NCBI RefSeq assembly: GCF_009914755.1
Contig: NC_060931.1
Length of the DNA: 64,000 nucleotides
Strand: one strand, 5' to 3'
Source: the human T2T-CHM13v2.0 reference genome, Homo sapiens
The position numbers were made by a program, and so were the translations under genes. Shown here piece by piece: positions 57,384 to 64,000 of this stretch. Below the pieces are notes generated by a model. That model had not been told where the DNA came from, ran no database searches, and worked only from the letters and a program-made list of their open reading frames with translations. Each line of letters opens with the position of its first letter. Position 1 is the stretch's first letter.

Positions 57384-57982
57384 TCATTGAGAATGAAAGC
57401 ATTTTAACAGCTGGTCTGTGATCCATTCACTTTCTTTGAGGGTGGTGGGAGGAATTACCTTGGAGGGGGGAATAAAAAGGCAGATCAACCCAGTCTAATC
57501 TCTGCTACCTGGAACTCCAGGTAAATAGACTAATATTTGCTAAAAGGAAAGATTCTTATCTAATGATATGAATTAGTGATGTATGGCAGGACGTCCTTGC
57601 TAAGTATTACTTAGTAAATGAGCCCAGAATTTACAGATTTATGACACATGATTCCCTAAAGAAGATCACATGTTACAGAACTCTCTGGAGTGTACCGTGG
57701 AGACGTTTATAACTTAAGCACTTTTCCTGCTATGTGAGGTAAACCTGAAAAGCCTTATCTAAAACCTCTGTTATTATTATCACAGAATACATGTCTGATG
57801 TGGGGAAAAGGACCCCTTTGATGTCCCAAACTTTGCTGTGTCCCATGCCTCTTGACTGACCATGACCTGAAATTTTTAATAAGGCTTGTTACTGTATGAG
57901 AACTCTCTGAGTGAGCCTGATTTGACAGCCTGATCTTGTGTGTTAGCCCACACATGAAATCAATAAAAAGAGTTTTAATTAA

Positions 57983-59352
57983 ATGGTACTCAAAACAGAT
58001 ATATAGACCAATGGAACATAACGGAGGCCTCAGAAATAACACCACACATCTTCCACCATCTGATATTTCACAAACCTGACACACACAAGCAATGGGGAAA
58101 ATATTCCCTATTTAATAAATGGTGTTGGGAAAACTGGCTAGCCATATGCAGAAAACTGAAACTGGACCCCTTCCTTACACCTTATACAAAAATCAACTCA
58201 AGATGGATAAAAGACTTAAACATAAGACCTAGGACCATAAAAATCCTAGAAGAAAACCTGGGCAATATCATTCAGGACATAGGCATGATCAAAGACTTCA
58301 TGTCTAAAACACCAAAAGCAACGGCAACAAAAGCCAAAATAGACAAATGGGATCTAATTAAACTAAAGAGCTTCTGCACAGCAAAAGGAACTATCATCAG
58401 AGCGAACAGGCAACCTACATAATGGGAGACTATTTTTGCAATCTATCCATCTGACAAAGGGCTAATATCCAGAATCTACGAAGAACTTAAACAAATTTAC
58501 AAGAAAAAAGCAAACAACCTCATCAAAAAATGGTCAAATGATATGAACACACTTCTCAAAAGAAGACATTTATGCAGCCATCAGACCTATGAAAAAACGC
58601 TTATCATCACTGGTCATTAGAGAAATGCAAATCAAAACTACAATGAGATACCATCTCACGCCAGTTAGAATGGCGATCATTAAAGTCAGGAAACAACAGA
58701 TGCTGGAGAGGTTGTGGAAAAATAGGAACGCTTTTACATTGTTGGTGGGACTGTAAATTAGTTCAACCATTGTGGAAGACAGTGTGGCGATTCCTCAAGG
58801 ATCTAGAACTAGAAATATCATTTGACCCAGCAATCCCATTACTGGGCATATATCCAGAGGATTATAAATCATTCTACTATAAAGACACATGCACATGTAT
58901 GTTTATTGCGGCACTATTCACAATAGCAAAGACTTGGAACCAACCCAAATGTCCATCAGTGATAGACTGGATTAAGAAAATGTAACACATATACACCATG
59001 GAATACTATGCAGCCATAAAAAAGGATGAGTTCATATCCTTTGCAGGGACATGGATGAAGCTGGAAACCATCATTCTCAGCAAACTATCACAAGATCAGA
59101 AAACCAAACACCACATGTTCTCACTCATAAATGGGAGTTGAACAATGAGAACATATGGACAGGGGGAGGGGAACATCACACACTGGGGCCTGTGAGGGGT
59201 GGGGGCCTAGGGGAGGGATAACATTAGTAGAAATACCTAATGTAGATGCCTGTTTGATGGGTGCAGCAAACCACCATGGCACATGTACACCTAGTAACAA
59301 AACTGCACGTTCTGCACATGTAACCCAGAACTTACAGTATAATAATACAAAA
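57983..59352 (+). mobile_element. L1PA7-like 3' 1.4 kb
   Basis: ORF2 C-terminal peptide (58770-58985 MWKTVWRFLKDLELEI); 3'UTR GGGGGCCTAGGGGAGGGATAACATTAG...AACCACCATGGCAC. Confidence 0.95.
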
Positions 59353-59519
59353 TAATGCTTGGTACTATAGAGTGCTTTATTCTATTGAGCTTTGTGTGTA
59401 AACTAAGGTGAACTGAAATAGAAAACTATTAGCCCTCAGAAATTATTCTGCAACATTCTAGGATCTGTAAATATTGCTGTGTTAACTCTGCTATAAAATC
59501 ATTATCTATGTTATAATAC

Positions 59520-59900
59520 AACTTAAGAAAATATCCAAGAAAAAGACTACAAGAACATATGCCAAAATATTAATAGTAGTTATCTGTGGGTAGTGATATA
59601 TGTGGTTATATTCAGTTTTTAAATTTATTTTTTCTATTTTCCCCAAACATTTTATAATTTCATGCATACTTCTTTCTATAAATAATAAAAGATAAAGTTT
59701 AAAAATTGTAGTCAATCTTATGTGACACAAATTTATCACAACTATGTTTAAAAAGTACCCAGCAAAAAGACTGAAAGGAAATACACCATATGTTACCTAA
59801 GATTTTCTCGAAATTGTTGGAAGTTGAGTGACTTGTTTATGTTTTTCAGTGTTTCTAAAATTTTCATAAGAAGCATGAATTATCTTTATAATGAAAATAG
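59520..59900 (+). mobile_element. Two degenerate L1ME-type 3' ends
   Basis: CCAAAATATTAATAGTAGTTATCTGTGGG and AAAAGACTGAAAGGAAATACACC...AGCATGAATTATCTTTATAAT. Confidence 0.55.
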
Positions 59901-60244
59901 CTAAATTTTTACGGAGAGTATACAATTTGAAATAGATTTTAAACAGATAATTTCTCCCTTCTGGTTAGCCCCCTTTTAACCATTTATTCCTGTAAAATAA
60001 CAGTTAATGCCTAATTGTTATAGAAAGAGTACAAAGTTTGTTGACTTCAGCATTAGGATTTTATGATCCCAAAAACATCAGTGACTTTTTCTGTAAAGCT
60101 GGCATGGGATGACAGTCCACTTCTGGGTTTGCAGACAGTGGACCTGTTACCAGGTGGCTGACAGATGTGGCTTCCCTCTAATTTCTGGGAGGGCTTCTAT
60201 TGGATCACTTGGATGGGTGATCTGCAGCTGAGAGGGGCTAGAAC

Positions 60245-60530
60245 CAACTCAAGGAAGGAAGGCCTCTTTAGAAATAAATTTAACTGAGTCTGGAGGTATA
60301 AGTAGAAGCAGAAAAAATGTCTGAGTCAGAGGGTAGAAGATGGGAGAAAGTCCCAAAGAAGGAAATAGTTTGGAGTATTGGAGGAACTGTAGAAAGCCAT
60401 AGTGATTGAACCAGAGTAAATAAAGCAGCCTGGAATGGAAATCAGTCCAAGTGCCCAGGAACTCATAGACTGGGATTTTTATACAAGACCAGTGGAAAGT
60501 CATTCAAAGATTTTCAACAGGGGACTAATC
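60245..60530 (-). mobile_element. L2 fragment
   Basis: CAAGGAAGGAAGGCCTCTTTAGAAATAAATTTAACTGAG...GGAAAGTCATTCAAAGATTTTCAACAGGG. Confidence 0.6.
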
Positions 60531-60685
60531 CTCTTGGAGAAATAAATAAAAAGGAAGGCCATCTTCACATTCAAAGCAGTCTCATGTCAGGGTTGAGGCA
60601 CTAGAGTCCATCTCTTTAGGGACAAAGCTGTACTTTGAATAAATATCAGACTTAAAGTTTGAATCTGTGTAATTAAGTATGTCCT

Positions 60686-60885
60686 ACAGCAGAGTGGTTA
60701 CAATGTCAGGCTTTAAAATCAGACTGTCCTGGCTCTGACACTTCCTAGGTGCGTAACTCTAGGTAAGCTTCTAAATCGGTACAGTGAGAATAATAACTTG
60801 CTGCTGTAAGAACTAAATAAATAATGCACATAAAAGGTGAGCATAGTGTCTGGTACATAGTGATCAACAGTAGTAGCTATTATAT
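60686..60885 (+). mobile_element. MIR
   Basis: GCAGAGTGGTTACAATGTCAGGCTTTAAAATCAGACTG...GCATAGTGTCTGGTACATAGTG. Confidence 0.75.
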
Positions 60886-61779
60886 CCTGACTCACTGCAA
60901 TAGAGAAAGTATAAAATCATCACGCAGTGGACCTTTATGGTCCTTACATAAGCTAATGCTGGATGCGTTTTCAGTGAGCTAAATTGTACTCAGTGATTTC
61001 AGAGTAATGAGCCAAATACATTAACTGTTCTGGAAACAGATGAAGCCTGACTATTTTGACTAAATATAGAGATAATTAGAATCTAGGCTCTATCTGTTGA
61101 TAGGCTTGGGGAAGCATAATGAGAATCATCATGTCGTAATAGAATAATACACAGGGCTAAAATGAATCAGAAAGTTCACAACACAGATGAAAACATCTAA
61201 TTTTATTGATGTCAGAAATACATTATTAGCTGAATCTTCTTATAATCTTATGCTGTTTGTTTCATTTGTAACAGCTCCTAATAGTGTAATCAATTATGCC
61301 TTTCTATTTTGCTGCTGAAGCGTTTTCTTTCTTCCACACATAGTTTGGTACAATTATCAAATGTCAGATAAAATCCTTTTCTGTAGTTTTATAATATGCA
61401 TCAAAAGCACTCCTTCTTTGATGTAGTCGAGTATAGAGATGAAAGGTCCTTGCAGATACTTTTATTCAAAGCCAGAAAACAATTTTCCACAGGAAAGGTA
61501 TTGACTATCTCCCCTGGTATCAAGGTCTGATTACGTAGTTGCATATTCTTATTGGAGCAATTCATGTTGCCAGGAAAACTCCAATATTATTAGATAATAC
61601 ACATGAAAATAAATGTACATGTTACATGGAAAGAAGAAAAAGATAGACTATAAAATATGGGTTCTGGGCCAGCCTTGGGACCGAGAAGCAAATGCAAATG
61701 TTTAGAATTGCAGGGCTCATGCTCACCTCTAGCAGTGTGGGAGGAAGTGAAAGGACACTGCTAATGCTAAGTCTGTCTT

Positions 61780-62633
61780 CATTTGATACTTTAGGGTTAG
61801 GGTGAAGTCCAGGATCTGAAACACCAAACTGCGCAGTAAATCAAACAACTGGGAGTTGTGGTTAAAGCAGAGTTTCATTAGGGCTAAGCTTGGAAATTGG
61901 TTAGTGTATGGAGTACAGTGCAGGTTCACAAATGCCACTGATCACTCCCAGTCTGTGGTTAATTTTATCTCTAGTCCTTGGCAAAATGAAAAAGGCAAAG
62001 ACAACATAGTGAGTTTTTCATATGGTAAGTTCTTTAAGTGTTTTTATTACAATTTATGTCCTGCTCTTTCTCGCATGTAATAATAGTGGTAAGATTAAAA
62101 AGTTGATAAAATTATGTCAGTGTGCAAAATACTTAAGTATTGATTTACTTGTATATTGAATCTAAGAAATCAAAAACTCTAGGATCAAGTGCAATAGAGC
62201 ACATGTAGCATTATGGTCAGCAATATAGGAAGTCAAAATGAACCTTTCAAACAAAGCACGGAGCCCTCATAAAATCAGATTGTTGAGATACATATATTGG
62301 AAACACTAGAAGTTGGAATCTGGAGGCCTTGGTTTGATTTGGGCCTGTAGGCTTAGGCTAGGACAATATGCAAAAAATTTAATCAATGATATCTCACTAT
62401 CTTATGAGAACTTACTCTGGTTATAGTGTGGGGATACCAAAAAGGATCTGAGTGGCCAGGCACTTGAATACTCAGTCCATTTGCTTTTCAGGATCAGGGT
62501 GAAGTCTGGATATAAAACACTAGGGTCTGAAACACCAAACCAAACTGTACAGCGAATCAAACCATTGCAAGTTGTGGTCAACTCAGATGAGTTACGTTAG
62601 AGCTAAGACTGGAAATTGGTTAGTGTATGGAGT
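61780..62633 (+). repeat. Diverged direct duplication: 61780-61914 and 62478-62633
   Basis: Shared AGGGTGAAGTC, TCTGAAACACCAAAC, AATCAAAC and AGTTGTGGT, plus an identical 24-mer TGGAAATTGGTTAGTGTATGGAGT. Confidence 0.9.
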
Positions 62634-63659
62634 GGTAGTCGTTCCATATTGTAGCAGTTATTATGGCCATATCAGTTGCCTGAATATTATTCCTAGGTAC
62701 TTACACTCCTTAAATACTAGCAGGAAGAATGCCCGGGAGCTTTAATAAGCTAACCCTAATGTTTGGTATCATCTTCTTTCCCAGATTGAATTTTGTAAAT
62801 AAATCCTTAATATCAAGCATTACATGTTTCTGAAGGGAGGTCTGGCTTCAGTTTGAACTGATTCTTGTTCTGGAGGATACCATGGAAGCCAGTTTGATTC
62901 CACGATTGTTAGTTGGTCTTTGAAGGATAAACTTTACCATGAATTGGAGGCCCCAAACAGACTCTGCTACTTGTAAATTACGAAAAAGTCAACTTAGTTT
63001 TTCCATTCGCCTTCTCCTCCAGGTGATAACTACACTAGCTTTGACCTCATGTTTAATAGCAAATATTTTCAACTAATCTTTTTTTCTTTATTTCTGAAGA
63101 AAAAGAGAAAAGACACTGGGAAAATATAATCTGTCCCAAAACCATGGGACTATAGCAAGACAATAAAGAGACTCCTGGGCCATCCATTCTCAATGTTTAT
63201 ACTGCTTCCAATCAAGACTATTTGTACATTTAGCTCCTTTTCACTTATCTTTGAACTGTTTGCCCTGTAGAATGCATCTTTGAAATCAGCCATTCTGATT
63301 ACTCAACACGTGTTCTGAGAAAAATAACCTCTTCACCAATGGTATAACACTCCAGGAATTGTATTACAGTCTTTAAAAAGGGAGTCAATAATAATCAATT
63401 TACAATCAAATCCCAAATGGCCTCTAATTGTTCTATGGTTGCTGGGTTGGAAACATTCATGGTCTCTTCAAGGAATTATAATGTAGTTGTAAAATACTTT
63501 AATATTCTCAGATAAAATATGTTATATCAATGCATTATAATTAAAATGCATTATTAGAGAATCTCTGTTTGCTTTTGCTATATGTAACATTTTTAATGTT
63601 TGCTATATTTAACATTTTTAATTTGCAACATATTGCTATCTCTAATTGCTCTTTCTCAG

Positions 63660-63800
63660 AATTACTGTATGAGATGAATGAGAATTATACTGGTGAACTT
63701 CATCCCTTTTTAATAGGAAAGGAATGGAAAATCAGAAGACGTGTTTAGATCACACAAACCAGAGGTGAAAGCTGAATCTGAGAGGCTTCTGTTTCCAGCA
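63660..63800 (-). mobile_element. MIR fragment
   Basis: CATCCCTTTTTAATAGGAAAGGAATGGAAAATCAGAAG...GATCACACAAACCAG. Confidence 0.45.
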
Positions 63801-64000
63801 ATAAGGTAACATTAGAAGACCTGAAAAACCCTAGACATGCTGGACAGTTGGTTCACTAAGGGTTCAACCTGATGCTGTAGTAGGTTGTGGGGCGAGACTG
63901 AGGGCCTTTCTCTTGGTAAACTGGAAGCCTGGTTTTAACACCCACAAAAGGACAGTAGATGACATATTGGGCCTGTTATGACCTAAATATTTGTGTCCCT

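Noticed and set aside
61729-62080. Short ORFs overlapping the duplicated element on both strands
   Set aside because: No matching ORF is listed over the second copy, which carries indels, and there is no recognisable protein similarity.

Overview
This 64 kb window is AT-rich, CpG-depleted primate genomic DNA, most likely human because it carries an AluYa5-lineage element. It is intergenic or deep-intronic: I see no protein-coding gene, RNA gene, CpG island or prokaryotic system. The ORFs in the track are short, and most derive from L1, Alu or other repeats. Roughly half the window is transposon relics: a ~5.9 kb decayed L1PA13-16-type LINE, many L1M/L1PA fragments, about 14 Alu copies or fragments, MaLR/ERVL/ERV1 solo LTRs, Tigger1, MER20, L2, L3 and MIR. 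Subfamily names come from recalled consensus motifs, not a RepeatMasker run. The most interesting structure lies outside those annotations. (1) A 72-bp templated insertion copied from 1960 bp upstream into a quasi-palindromic site, with template-switch scars (22538-22670). (2) A pair of diverged, exon-shaped duplicates with a perfectly conserved 24-mer across the putative splice donor (61.8/62.5 kb). (3) A ~275-bp duplication in which one copy shows the Alu-empty state of the other. (4) An ancient twin-primed L1MA. (5) A young, possibly polymorphic AluYa4/Ya5. I cannot support a claim of a new biological system here; the findings are mutational fossils and candidate regulatory or non-coding-exon elements.
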